Positions 19,480 to 28,994 of a stretch of 64,000 nucleotides of DNA are shown one piece after another; the first letter of the stretch is position 1; the number at the start of each line of letters is the position of its first letter. The notes under the pieces are model-generated. The model saw only the letters and a program-made list of their open reading frames with translations, searched no databases and had not been told where the DNA came from. The stretch comes from Endomicrobiales bacterium (GTDB taxonomy: Bacteria > Elusimicrobiota > Endomicrobiia > Endomicrobiales > JALOBY01), in the NCBI GenBank assembly GCA_963796955.1, contig CAWCNJ010000004.1, positions 64,001-128,000 of the forward strand, given 5' to 3'. The position numbers were made by a program, and so were the translations under genes.

Positions 19480-20541
19480 ATGCCTTACCAAGGATTGATA
19501 GAGCAGTACCGCGCCTATTTACCGGTCAGCAGTGCGACCAAGGTTATCTCACTTCATGAAGGTAACACGCCTCTGATCCCTTCCGTCAATCTGGCAGAGA
19601 AGATCGGCTTTCCCGGAACGATCTACTTTAAATATGAAGGTTTGAATCCTACCGGTTCATTCAAAGACCGCGGCATGACGATGGCTATAACGAAGGCCGT
19701 TGAGGACGGTTCAAAAGCCGTCATCTGCGCTTCCACCGGCAATACATCCGCCTCAGCCGCCGCCTATTCGGCGCGCGCGAACATTAAGTGCGTGGTACTG
19801 ATACCGGACGGCAATATCGCGCTCGGCAAGCTTTCACAGGCGGTCATGCACGGCGCGCTGGTGCTTGCCGTAGAAGGTAATTTTGACGTCGCGCTTAAAT
19901 TTGTGCGCGAACTTTCTGAAAAATATCCGTTGACCCTGGTCAATTCCATCAACCCCTACCGCATAGAGGGCCAGAAGACCGGCGCTTTTGAGATCTGTGA
20001 TGCCCTCGGCAAAGCTCCGGACTATCAGTTCATGCCCGTCGGCAATGCCGGCAACATAACCGCCTATTGGAAAGGGTACCGCGAATATAACGCTGAGAAA
20101 AAAACCGGCCTGCCGAAGATGATGGGTTTTCAGGCTGCCGGCTCGGCCCCGATCGTGCTGGGCCATCCCATAGAGGACCCGCACACGATAGCGACCGCCA
20201 TAAAGATCGGCAACCCGGCTTCCTGGAAACAGGCGGAAGAAGCCCGCGACGGCTCCGGCGGCGTGATAGACATGGTAACTGACGATGAAATACTGGAAGC
20301 GTACCAAATGGTCGCAGCCACCGAAGGCGTGTTCTGCGAACCAGGCTCGGCGGCCTCAATAGCCGGTTTGATACAGTACACCCGCAAAGGCTTTTTCAAA
20401 GATGCCGGCAAAGGCACCAGCGCTGTCTGTATATTAACGGGCCACGGCCTGAAAGACCCTGACCGCGCCATAAGCTGCTGCGCCAAACCGATAAAAGTAA
20501 AACCCGACATAAAGGAAATTTTGAAAGCGATAGGGATGTGA
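19480..20541 (+). CDS. thrC: Threonine synthase
   Basis: EGNTPL, NPTGSFKDRG PLP lysine, ASTGNTSAS, PVGNAGN, TGHGLKDP. Confidence 0.95.
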   Translation: MPYQGLIEQYRAYLPVSSATKVISLHEGNTPLIPSVNLAEKIGFPGTIYFKYEGLNPTGSFKDRGMTMAITKAVEDGSKAVICASTGNTSASAAAYSARANIKCVVLIPDGNIALGKLSQAVMHGALVLAVEGNFDVALKFVRELSEKYPLTLVNSINPYRIEGQKTGAFEICDALGKAPDYQFMPVGNAGNITAYWKGYREYNAEKKTGLPKMMGFQAAGSAPIVLGHPIEDPHTIATAIKIGNPASWKQAEEARDGSGGVIDMVTDDEILEAYQMVAATEGVFCEPGSAASIAGLIQYTRKGFFKDAGKGTSAVCILTGHGLKDPDRAISCCAKPIKVKPDIKEILKAIGM

Positions 20542-20578
20542 GAGTGTAAGTGAAGGCGTAAAAAAGCGAGGTATTACT

Positions 20579-20881
20579 ATGGAAGAAATAAAGACGCCGG
20601 TGGCGCCGCAGATACAGATAGAGATCGACGATGCATTGGCACAGGGGGTTTACAGTAATTTGGCTATGATCGGTCATACAGAGAACGAAATTGTTTTGGA
20701 TTTTATTTTTATTCAGCCGCAGGCGCCGAAGGCTAAGGTGCGCAGCCGCGTTATTACTTCGCCCTCGCACGCTAAAAGGCTTGCCGCAGCATTGCAGGAC
20801 AATATTTTGAAGTATGAAGCCCGGTTCGGGGAAATAAAAGTGCACACCGAGCCCGAAAAAAAGGTGGGTTTTTACAATTAA
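20579..20881 (+). CDS. DUF3467 family protein
   Basis: G.YSN.A...H...E.VLDF...P......V.SRVI.SP.HAKRL..AL..NI..YE..FG pattern. Confidence 0.85.
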   Translation: MEEIKTPVAPQIQIEIDDALAQGVYSNLAMIGHTENEIVLDFIFIQPQAPKAKVRSRVITSPSHAKRLAAALQDNILKYEARFGEIKVHTEPEKKVGFYN

Positions 20882-22178
20882 GACCGATACGGCCGAACCC
20901 CGCGTAGAGATAATCTGTAGCGGCAGCGAACTGTTGACCGATAAAGTTAACTCCAACAGCGTGCTTATAGGCGAACATTTGTTCGCTTTGGGTATGAATG
21001 TTGCCCGTGTGACCACGGTCGGCGATTCATTGCCGGAAATGGAGTCGGTTTTCGCCGGTGCGATCGAGCGGGCCGACATAGTTATTTCTACCGGCGGCCT
21101 TGGTCCCACCTTTGACGATCTTACCAGACAGGTCGTCTCCCGGGTTACCGGAAGAGAACTGAAAGAGAATAACGCGGTTTTGGAGACCATACGCGGTTTC
21201 TTTGTTAAACGCAAGGTCTCGATGCCGGAAAATAACCGTCTACAGGCGCAGATACTGGAAGGCGCAGAAGTACTGAATAACACTAACGGCACTGCTCCCG
21301 GACAGTTACTTGAGTTTACCGGCGCAAAATACGGTAATACAAAGAAAATGATCGTGCTGCTGCCGGGTCCCCCGCGCGAAATGCTGCCTATGTTCGAGGC
21401 AGTCGCCCTCGGCAGGCTTAAGCCCCTCTCAAAAAGCCTCCAAAAACGTTTTGTCCTTCGCATTACCGGTCTTGGGGAATCGGTGGTAGAGGAAAAACTT
21501 CGTCCGGTGCTGGAAGCGGAACGTAAACTGGAAAGCGGCGTGGTCAGCTTCGGTATTGTCGCTTCTCACGACATGATCATTGATATGAAGGCAACGGTCC
21601 GCGGTACCGATGAGATGGAGATAGACGAGACCATAAAAAATATTAAAAAAGAGTTTCGCGATATCCTTGGTGACAACGTTTTCGGCGAAGGCCGCCAGAC
21701 GCTGGAAGGCGCTGTCGGCGAGTTGCTGGGTCATAAAAAACAGACGTTGGCGCTGGCGGAATCGTGCACCGGCGGCATGGTGGGGGCGCGCATTACCAAC
21801 CAGCCGGGCAGCTCGGCGTATTTTCTTGAAGGCATCGTAACGTATTCGAACGCGGCAAAAGAACGGCTGCTTAAAGTTAACCCCGAGACCATCCGCGACT
21901 ACGGCGCCGTTTCCCAGCAGACGGCAATCGAGATGGCCGAGGGCGTGCGCTCTATCTCCGGTGCGGATTACGCTCTGTCCATTACCGGTATCGCCGGCCC
22001 CGGCGGCAGCACCGCCGAAAAACCGGTCGGGCTGGTATACATCGGCCTGGTCTCGTCGGCGATAAAGGAAGTTTTCAAATACCAATTCTCCGGTACACGC
22101 AGCGATATACGCACCCGCGCGGCGAACACCGCGCTGGACCTTTTAAGACGGTATCTGCTCAATTCAAAAGGCCGTTAA
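20877..22178 (+). CDS. cinA: CinA family protein (MoCF-like + nicotinamide-nucleotide amidase PncC); start uncertain, possibly ATT
   Basis: EIICSGSELL, GGLGPT.DD.T, LPGPPREM, AESCTGG, SITGIAGPGG. Confidence 0.9.
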   Translation: MKTDTAEPRVEIICSGSELLTDKVNSNSVLIGEHLFALGMNVARVTTVGDSLPEMESVFAGAIERADIVISTGGLGPTFDDLTRQVVSRVTGRELKENNAVLETIRGFFVKRKVSMPENNRLQAQILEGAEVLNNTNGTAPGQLLEFTGAKYGNTKKMIVLLPGPPREMLPMFEAVALGRLKPLSKSLQKRFVLRITGLGESVVEEKLRPVLEAERKLESGVVSFGIVASHDMIIDMKATVRGTDEMEIDETIKNIKKEFRDILGDNVFGEGRQTLEGAVGELLGHKKQTLALAESCTGGMVGARITNQPGSSAYFLEGIVTYSNAAKERLLKVNPETIRDYGAVSQQTAIEMAEGVRSISGADYALSITGIAGPGGSTAEKPVGLVYIGLVSSAIKEVFKYQFSGTRSDIRTRAANTALDLLRRYLLNSKGR

Positions 22179-22199
22179 TGACACCTGGTCTGGCCGCGC

Positions 22200-22958
22200 A
22201 TGTATAAAATACGCTTTCACATAACGGTGTACCGCTACGAAGTGATAGTGGCCTGCATCATATTATTGCTTACCGGCAGCGTGGCCGTCTCCAGCCGCTC
22301 GGATGAGCCGGCATTCCCGCCCATATACCGTTATCCTTACCGCGTGGCACTCACTTTCGATGACGGTCCGCACCCGCTGTACACCTGCTCGCTTATAAAA
22401 ATACTTAAAGACAACGAAGCAAAGGCAACGTTTTTCGTGGTCGGTAAACAGGCGGTAGAATACCCGTATCTGCTCAAAAACCTGTCTTTGGCAGGTAATG
22501 AGGTTGAAGACCACACTTTTACGCACCCGAACCTTTCAAAAATATCGGACGCGCGGGTTCAGCAGGAGATATTTGACACGGCCCGCGTTATCAAAGATCT
22601 TACCGGCGTTGCCCCGCGTTTTTACCGGCCGCCGGGAGGGCAGTTCAATGCCGGCGTACAAAAAAATTTGCGTGACAGCGGCCTCAGCATGGCCCTGTGG
22701 ACAGTTTTTCCCAAGGATCATGAAGAGGACGACCCGCAGGTTATTATCAGCCGCGTGCTGGCGCAGGTGACCGACGGCGGGGTTGTGCTGCTGCATTCCG
22801 GGCGCGCCCCGACGCTTGCCGCATTACCGGCCCTTATCCGGGAGCTGCGGAGCCGCGGTTACCGTTTTGTGACGCTTGATGAACTGGCGGGTTCCATAAA
22901 GTCCGGAGAACTTGCCTGGCTTGACACAGGGGGAAAATATGCGCGTTCTGGCAATTGA
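22200..22958 (+). CDS. Polysaccharide deacetylase (NodB/CE4)
   Basis: ALTFDDGP, ATFFVVG, HTFTH, RPPGG, VVLLH. Confidence 0.9.
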   Translation: MYKIRFHITVYRYEVIVACIILLLTGSVAVSSRSDEPAFPPIYRYPYRVALTFDDGPHPLYTCSLIKILKDNEAKATFFVVGKQAVEYPYLLKNLSLAGNEVEDHTFTHPNLSKISDARVQQEIFDTARVIKDLTGVAPRFYRPPGGQFNAGVQKNLRDSGLSMALWTVFPKDHEEDDPQVIISRVLAQVTDGGVVLLHSGRAPTLAALPALIRELRSRGYRFVTLDELAGSIKSGELAWLDTGGKYARSGN

Positions 22959-23361
22959 TTATGGCACACGCCGTATCGGCATAGCTGTTTCCGACGCTCT
23001 CGGCATTACCGCCCAGCCGCTGGAGATAATAGAACGTACCAACAAAATAAAGGACATGGAGCGGATAGCCGCGATCGTCGGCGATAAAAAAGTCGAAAGG
23101 ATCGTGATCGGTCTGCCGATCAATATGGACGGCGAGGAAGGGCCGAATGTGGCCTATATCAGGAAATTCGCCGGCGAGGTGGAGGAGCGCTTCAAACTGC
23201 CTGTTGAGCTTTATGACGAACGCCTTACCACTATGCAGGCGGAGCGGATGCTGGTGGATGAGGCCGATATGTCCAGAGAAAAACGCAAGGGTGTTAAAGA
23301 CAAGATCGCTGCCTCCATACTGCTACAGTCGTATCTTGAGTTTTCTACTACGAAGAACTAA
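22939..23361 (+). CDS. ruvX: Holliday junction resolvase-like RuvX/YqgF
   Basis: LAIDYG..RIGIAVSD, GLP.NMDG, DERLTT, D.IAA..LLQ.YL. Confidence 0.93.
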   Translation: MRVLAIDYGTRRIGIAVSDALGITAQPLEIIERTNKIKDMERIAAIVGDKKVERIVIGLPINMDGEEGPNVAYIRKFAGEVEERFKLPVELYDERLTTMQAERMLVDEADMSREKRKGVKDKIAASILLQSYLEFSTTKN

Positions 23362-23372
23362 AAAAGGGATAT

Positions 23373-23936
23373 ATGAGACTATTTATAGCGATAAACATGC
23401 CTGAAGATATACAAAAAACGGTTGCTGCGGTCCAAACTGAGTTAAAGCCCGCCGGAGCGGACGTGCGCTGGACAAGCGCCGGCCATTTTCACTTCACGTT
23501 AAAGTTCCTCGGCGATCTGAGCCCGGACAGAGTTGAACCTGCGATCGCGGCGATGGAGAAGGCCCTGCGCGGCTTTGGGTCCTTTGACCTTGTGCTGAAG
23601 GGCCTTGGCGTATTTCCCGACATGAAAAAGCCTAAAGTAGTCTGGCTGGGCGCCCAGGATGTTACTGCGGCAGCTGCCCGTCTGAGCGCCGTGTTGGATG
23701 ATACCCTTGAACCTCTGGGCTATGGCAGGGAAACCAGACCCTTTGCCGCCCACCTTACGCTGGGCCGTGTCCGCTCGCGCCTGCATGAAGCCGCCCTGGT
23801 GGAATTGATCAACAAAAACCAGCACGCCTCCGGCGGTACGATACACGTAGAGACCGTAGAACTCATGCGCAGCGTGATATCGGAAAAAGGGCCGGAATAT
23901 ATCTGCCTGAAGTCTGTTGCTCTTGGATCGAATTAA
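23373..23936 (+). CDS. thpR: RNA 2',3'-cyclic phosphodiesterase (2H family)
   Basis: MRLFIAI, HFTLKFLG and HLTLGR two-histidine motifs. Confidence 0.92.
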   Translation: MRLFIAINMPEDIQKTVAAVQTELKPAGADVRWTSAGHFHFTLKFLGDLSPDRVEPAIAAMEKALRGFGSFDLVLKGLGVFPDMKKPKVVWLGAQDVTAAAARLSAVLDDTLEPLGYGRETRPFAAHLTLGRVRSRLHEAALVELINKNQHASGGTIHVETVELMRSVISEKGPEYICLKSVALGSN

Positions 23937-23940
23937 TTCA

Positions 23941-24678
23941 TCAGGAACTTATTGCTACCCGTTGAAATTCATTGTTCGTGGCATTCATGGGCGATAAACT
24001 TAACCACAACCCGCCGAAAGAACTCTTTCCTGTTATATCGTAGATCCATTTCAGATACAGCCGTAATGCGAACAGGCGGATATGCACCACCTGCTCGGCC
24101 AGCCTGGAACCGTATTTTAAATGCGTTTCCCGGGACCGGTCGTTAATGCCGTTGATATAGGAAAAGATCCATTTAACGGAGCGTGATTTCGCGTACCGCG
24201 TGGTCTCATTGGTAATGTTCACCCAGGCTCCGCTGAGCCGGTATTTAGGTTCCACGAAGGCCGCCAGGCCCGTCATGCTGTTTTCCGGTAATAAAAGTTT
24301 ATATTCGGCTTCCTCAATATTGCAAACGCTTGAAAAACGCAGCCATTTCACGGCTATGATATTTCCCTCAAGTTCGGCGACAAAGGGCACGTCGTCGTTG
24401 GCGAACCGTTCTTCCAGCACACCCTCTTCCTGCGGATCGAGCTTGTTTAAGGCCGGTATATCTTTAACGGTCGCCTGCCTGATGCTCATAGAACTGGTTC
24501 GGCCCTGCACCAGCGGTTTCCCGCCGTCGTTTACCAGAATATGCAGCCGGTCGTACCCGAGGATCCCGCGGATAGCCGATGCGGCCAATATGATCCCGTG
24601 CTCCAACAGTCGCAGTATCTTTCCCGAAAAAACAAGATCAGATATTTTTTTCAGCCTGATAGACGCTGTGTTTTCCAT
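23941..24678 (-). CDS. GNAT-like acyltransferase
   Basis: IRQAT..DI..L, FVAE.EG.I, FV.P.YR..G acyl-CoA binding-like motif, N..S...H.K.G. Confidence 0.55.
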   Translation of the reverse strand: MENTASIRLKKISDLVFSGKILRLLEHGIILAASAIRGILGYDRLHILVNDGGKPLVQGRTSSMSIRQATVKDIPALNKLDPQEEGVLEERFANDDVPFVAELEGNIIAVKWLRFSSVCNIEEAEYKLLLPENSMTGLAAFVEPKYRLSGAWVNITNETTRYAKSRSVKWIFSYINGINDRSRETHLKYGSRLAEQVVHIRLFALRLYLKWIYDITGKSSFGGLWLSLSPMNATNNEFQRVAISS

Positions 24679-24679
24679 G

Positions 24680-26176
24680 TTATACCCCCGCCAGAGCAAG
24701 CTTGCTTAACTCGGCCCTTCGTATCTTTCCCGACGCAGTCTTCGGCAGCGCCGGCATGATAACCACCTGTTTCGGCTGCTTGTAGGGCGCTATGCATTCC
24801 TTGCACCGGTCCTTCAGGTCCTTTTCTTCAAGTGCCGCGCCGGTTGAAGGCACTACGAACAGGGTAATAGCCTCGCCCATCAGCTCGTCGGCCACGCCCA
24901 CCGCGCTGCATTCCAGCACTCCCGAAAAGCTGTTGACGACGTCCTCTATCTCAACGGGACTTATGCGGTGTCCGCCGCATTTGATCATATCTTTCTTACG
25001 GCTTACAATGTACACATAGCCGTCTTCGTCCATGCGGCCCAGGTCTCCGGTATACAGTCCGTTGCCTTTAAGCACATTCGCTGTTTCCTGCGGCGCGTGC
25101 CAGTAACCGGCCATAACGCCTTTACCGCGCACCACTATCTCGCCGATATCGCCGGCAGGCGCTGTATTGCCGTGCTCATCAACTATTTCCATGGTAACGC
25201 CCTGCATCCCCTTGCCGATAGAACCGGGCTTTTCGTTCAACAACGCCGGATCCAGGTAGCTTATGCGGGCCGTTGCTTCCGTCTGCCCGTACATCATAAA
25301 AAACTTCACGTGGGGCAGGATAGTGTTGAATTCCCCGATCAGCGCCGGGCTGAGCGGGCCGCCGGAAAGCGTGGCATAGCGTAAGTCAGGGAGCTCGTAC
25401 TGTTTTAGCGCGGATTTACGCAGCAGCACGGCATAATGGGACGGCACACCTGAAAAACCGGTTATCCTTTCCTTTTTCATGATCTCCAGGATAACATTGG
25501 GGTACAGAAAACGGTTATCCGTTACCAGCGTGCCGCCAACCTTGATGTGGGTCGTAAGCAGTGAGGCGCCGTACGTATAGTAAAACGGCATTATGGACAT
25601 TACTTTGTCTTCGGCAGTCAGCGCAAGGAATTGCACGATGCCGTCGGTATTAACGGAAATATTCTCATGGGTCAGCATCACGCCCTTAGGCTTTCCCGTC
25701 GTGCCCGAAGTATACAGAATGTTCGCTAGGCTATTTTCAGGGATATCAAGCGAAAAAGGCCGGGCGGCTTCTGCGGGGAATGTAAGCACGTCCACTTCGA
25801 TTATCGGCCAGTGCCTGCCGATCGCCGCGGTCACTGTTTGAGCGGTTTTTATATGACGGGCATTGGTTAGCACGACGCTGGGCAGAAAATCCTGGAACAG
25901 ATAGGCAAGCTCATCGGGCATCAGCTGTACGTTCAGGGGAACCACCGTCGCGCCGGCCCTGAGGGCCGCGAAATATGAGACCACGTATTCGCAGGAGTTC
26001 TCTATCAGCAGCGCGATCCGGTCATCCTTCTTCACGTCCATAGACGTAAGCTGCCGGGCCAGCAGCCAGGACTGCCGGTCCAGCTCTTTGTATGAAAGTC
26101 TTTTATTTAAATGCACCGCCGCGGTATTGTCCGGGAATTTTTTGGCGGAAGCGGTCAAAAACTCTTGTACCAGCAT
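24680..26176 (-). CDS. AMP-forming acyl-CoA/acyl-ACP ligase (ANL superfamily)
   Basis: YTSGTTGKPKGV, YGQTE, TGDLG, P.EIE, LPKTASGKI. Confidence 0.92.
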   Translation of the reverse strand: MLVQEFLTASAKKFPDNTAAVHLNKRLSYKELDRQSWLLARQLTSMDVKKDDRIALLIENSCEYVVSYFAALRAGATVVPLNVQLMPDELAYLFQDFLPSVVLTNARHIKTAQTVTAAIGRHWPIIEVDVLTFPAEAARPFSLDIPENSLANILYTSGTTGKPKGVMLTHENISVNTDGIVQFLALTAEDKVMSIMPFYYTYGASLLTTHIKVGGTLVTDNRFLYPNVILEIMKKERITGFSGVPSHYAVLLRKSALKQYELPDLRYATLSGGPLSPALIGEFNTILPHVKFFMMYGQTEATARISYLDPALLNEKPGSIGKGMQGVTMEIVDEHGNTAPAGDIGEIVVRGKGVMAGYWHAPQETANVLKGNGLYTGDLGRMDEDGYVYIVSRKKDMIKCGGHRISPVEIEDVVNSFSGVLECSAVGVADELMGEAITLFVVPSTGAALEEKDLKDRCKECIAPYKQPKQVVIMPALPKTASGKIRRAELSKLALAGV

Positions 26177-26178
26177 AA

Positions 26179-26442
26179 TTATATCCCCTGTTGCTGCTTT
26201 GTTGTTACAAAGTTTGCTATCTTTGCCAGCGAGTCCAGGTTGTCGGGCACCAGTTCCGTGTCGAGAAAGGCGACCTTGAATTCTTTTTCTATATAACCGA
26301 CCAGTTCGAGCACGCCGGCTGAATCGATGACCCCTTTTTCAAGGAATGAATCATCATCGCTCAACCTGGTTAATTTTTTAGACGACATGAAATTATCTTC
26401 TATAAAGCGGGTAACTTTTTGACGGATATCTATAGTGTTCAA
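26179..26442 (-). CDS. Acyl carrier protein
   Basis: 87 aa with GVIDSAGVLELV phosphopantetheine Ser motif; TTG start with RBS GAGGAG. Confidence 0.88.
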   Translation of the reverse strand: MNTIDIRQKVTRFIEDNFMSSKKLTRLSDDDSFLEKGVIDSAGVLELVGYIEKEFKVAFLDTELVPDNLDSLAKIANFVTTKQQQGI

Positions 26443-26575
26443 ATTACTTTCTCCTCACGAATGATTAGGCGTGGTAACGGTCACGGATCAGGTAGGTACA
26501 AAATACAACTTATCGTCGTTGTTGCAAATAGTGCGATACGTAAAAATAATGACGCGAGTACACCCGATCAGTCTG

Positions 26576-27886
26576 TTATTGTTCTTCTATTATCTCATTG
26601 GTCGTCATGAAGCCGCCGTTGAGAAATGTTTTGGAGGCTATCGCCTGCAGCAGGGCGCATTTTTCCGTACATTTTTGGGTTTCGATATTCTGCAGGTTGC
26701 GTATGGCTTCCCGCACATCCGATAAGGAGCCGATGAACATCAGGAAGCGGCGTTCAGCGACCATAAGCGCTTCTTTTGCCTGCTGGTATTCCTCATCAAG
26801 GTACAGCAGTTTGGCTCTGGATACATTGATGTTTTCGTCGAAAACGGCGTTCGAGTCTTCCACTTGCTCTCTGGCGGCTGCCAGGGCGTAGTCTGTTTGC
26901 CGGGCCAGAGCTCTTGCCTGGCGCACCCCGCTGTTTATCTGACCGCCGTGGAAAAACGGTAAAATAACGGAGAATCCTGCGGAATAATCAGCCTTGTCAA
27001 CAAGCGTTGTTTCGGAAACACCGCCTTTGCTGGCGAGCAGCGTTATTTTAAGCGCATGCCCGCCCTTGCTCTCTGATACCGTTGCATGGGCTGCCGAGGC
27101 CTGCGTTACGGCCCTGCCGATCAACGGGTTGAGCGGCCCGGGCTGGATATTGTTTAAAACAGCCTCGGTAAGCGATGCCGGAGCTGGGAAAGCAAATGAA
27201 TTTTCAGCAAGGCCCGATAAGAGGGCGAAACGTTTACAGGTGCTGCGGTACCGTTCCCTGAACTCCACAAGCGCCATAGCCGCTTCATCGGCCTGATTTT
27301 TCACCAGAAATCTTTCGGAAACCGACATCTGGCCTTTTTTGGTCAGCCGGTTAACTTCCTGCATTACATTGTCTACCTCGATAGAGACCGCCTGCCATAC
27401 TTCCAGCAGTCCCTGATAACGGACGCCTTCGAAGTACGTTCGTAATGCCTGCTGGTACACGCCCGCGCGAACGACCCTGGTCTGGTATTGTGCGGACTCC
27501 AGCCGTGAGCGCGCGGCCTTGACCCGGTAATGACGGCTTACATCGAACAGAGAATATTTGATCACGATGTCGGCGCCTGAACCCGTCCTGAAAGGGGAAC
27601 TGATCAAGCCATTCGCGCCAAGAGCTAAGGCGCCGCCCTGCAAACCGGAACTTTGGATCGCCTCAATATCCAGCCAGGGATAGCATTCGGCTTTAAGCGC
27701 ATAATAAGTTTCACGCACCTGAGTTTCAGCGCTGAGAGCGGCTTCCAGATCGGGGCTGTTCTTTTCAACAAGGCGGATCCCTTCGTCCAGCGGTAACAGG
27801 CGCGCTTGTTTTTGGGCCGTGCAGATGGTTGGGCACAGCAGCAGTATCCATAGTATAAGTATTTTTTTCCTTTCGGTGTATATCAT
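26576..27886 (-). CDS. TolC family outer membrane efflux protein
   Basis: Signal peptide and two OEP repeats (P.L.I, YSLFD; ILPFF.GG) with long amphipathic helices. Confidence 0.75.
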   Translation of the reverse strand: MIYTERKKILILWILLLCPTICTAQKQARLLPLDEGIRLVEKNSPDLEAALSAETQVRETYYALKAECYPWLDIEAIQSSGLQGGALALGANGLISSPFRTGSGADIVIKYSLFDVSRHYRVKAARSRLESAQYQTRVVRAGVYQQALRTYFEGVRYQGLLEVWQAVSIEVDNVMQEVNRLTKKGQMSVSERFLVKNQADEAAMALVEFRERYRSTCKRFALLSGLAENSFAFPAPASLTEAVLNNIQPGPLNPLIGRAVTQASAAHATVSESKGGHALKITLLASKGGVSETTLVDKADYSAGFSVILPFFHGGQINSGVRQARALARQTDYALAAAREQVEDSNAVFDENINVSRAKLLYLDEEYQQAKEALMVAERRFLMFIGSLSDVREAIRNLQNIETQKCTEKCALLQAIASKTFLNGGFMTTNEIIEEQ

Positions 27887-28037
27887 AAAATACAATATAA
27901 GAAACTAATGGCCGCGCCTGCCATGCATAGTATCCACCGGCCGCTGACAAAACTCCGCCCGGCAGCGGAACGTGAATTGACATTGCACGGTAAAAAGCTA
28001 TACTATTGTAATAGTAAGCGATACGGAGCAATGTGAA

Positions 28038-28994
28038 ATGATGCGTAAGATATTGATAATAGCAACGATCGTTGTGCTGGCATTCTGTGTGTGGCTGTTC
28101 CATGCGCCGGGCGAGCCCGTGAGCGTGCTGATACCAGAAGGTTCATCCGGCAAAGAGATCGGCGCGGTGCTGCAGGACGCCGGCGTGATCTATTCAAGAA
28201 AGCTCTTTGTGGTTGCGCTGCGCCTTACGGGCAGTACGCGCAGGCTGAAGACCGGGCTTTACAAATTCGTGCCGCGGCACGGTATCGTCGGGGCCTTCTG
28301 GAAGATAACACACGGACGTTCCGAACAGGCGCTTATTACCATCCCGGAAGGCTTTACCGCCGCCGACATCGCTAAGAAATTGGCCGGTATGCAGATAGTG
28401 AAGGAAAAGGATTTCCTTTCTTATGTTCAGGCCAATTCCCTTGAAGGACGTTTGTTCCCGGAAACCTATTATTTTGCCATCGGTATGCGGGCGAAAGACG
28501 CGGCAGACAAGATGGTCGCGCAGTTCAATAAACATTTTACGCCGGAGATGATCGAACAAGCCCGCTCTTCAAAGCTCGGCGAGAATGGCGTGCTGACGCT
28601 GGCCTCTATCGTTGAAAAAGAAGCTATGCGTAACGAAGAACGCCCGTTGATAGCAGGTGTTTTCATGAATCGTTTGAAAAAACGCATGTACCTGGAATCG
28701 TGCGCAACCGTGCAGTACGCTCTTGGCGAACATAAGACTTGCCTGCGGTACAAGGACACTCAGATTGATTCCCCTTTTAATACGTACCGCCACGTAGGCC
28801 TGCCGCCCGCGCCGATCTGCAACCCGGGAATGGCCTCCATTAACGCCGCTCTTAACCCCGCGGTTACCGAAGACATGTTCTTTGTAGCAGCTGATTCCGG
28901 TACGCATGTGTTTTCCCGTTATTATTCGCAACATTTAAAAAGTAAGCAAGAGATCAAAAAAATGAAAAAAAAGAAGGCTCATCATGGCTATTAG
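28038..28994 (+). CDS. mltG: Endolytic transglycosylase MltG
   Basis: ITIPEG, LEG.LFPETY, LASIVEKE, SPFNTY...GLPP.PICNPG. Confidence 0.93.
   Translation: MMRKILIIATIVVLAFCVWLFHAPGEPVSVLIPEGSSGKEIGAVLQDAGVIYSRKLFVVALRLTGSTRRLKTGLYKFVPRHGIVGAFWKITHGRSEQALITIPEGFTAADIAKKLAGMQIVKEKDFLSYVQANSLEGRLFPETYYFAIGMRAKDAADKMVAQFNKHFTPEMIEQARSSKLGENGVLTLASIVEKEAMRNEERPLIAGVFMNRLKKRMYLESCATVQYALGEHKTCLRYKDTQIDSPFNTYRHVGLPPAPICNPGMASINAALNPAVTEDMFFVAADSGTHVFSRYYSQHLKSKQEIKKMKKKKAHHGY

Noticed and set aside
27900..27975. GC-rich hairpin CCGCTG...CAGCGG between tolC and mltG as an ncRNA
   Set aside because: No recognisable family motif; a single short stem is insufficient evidence.
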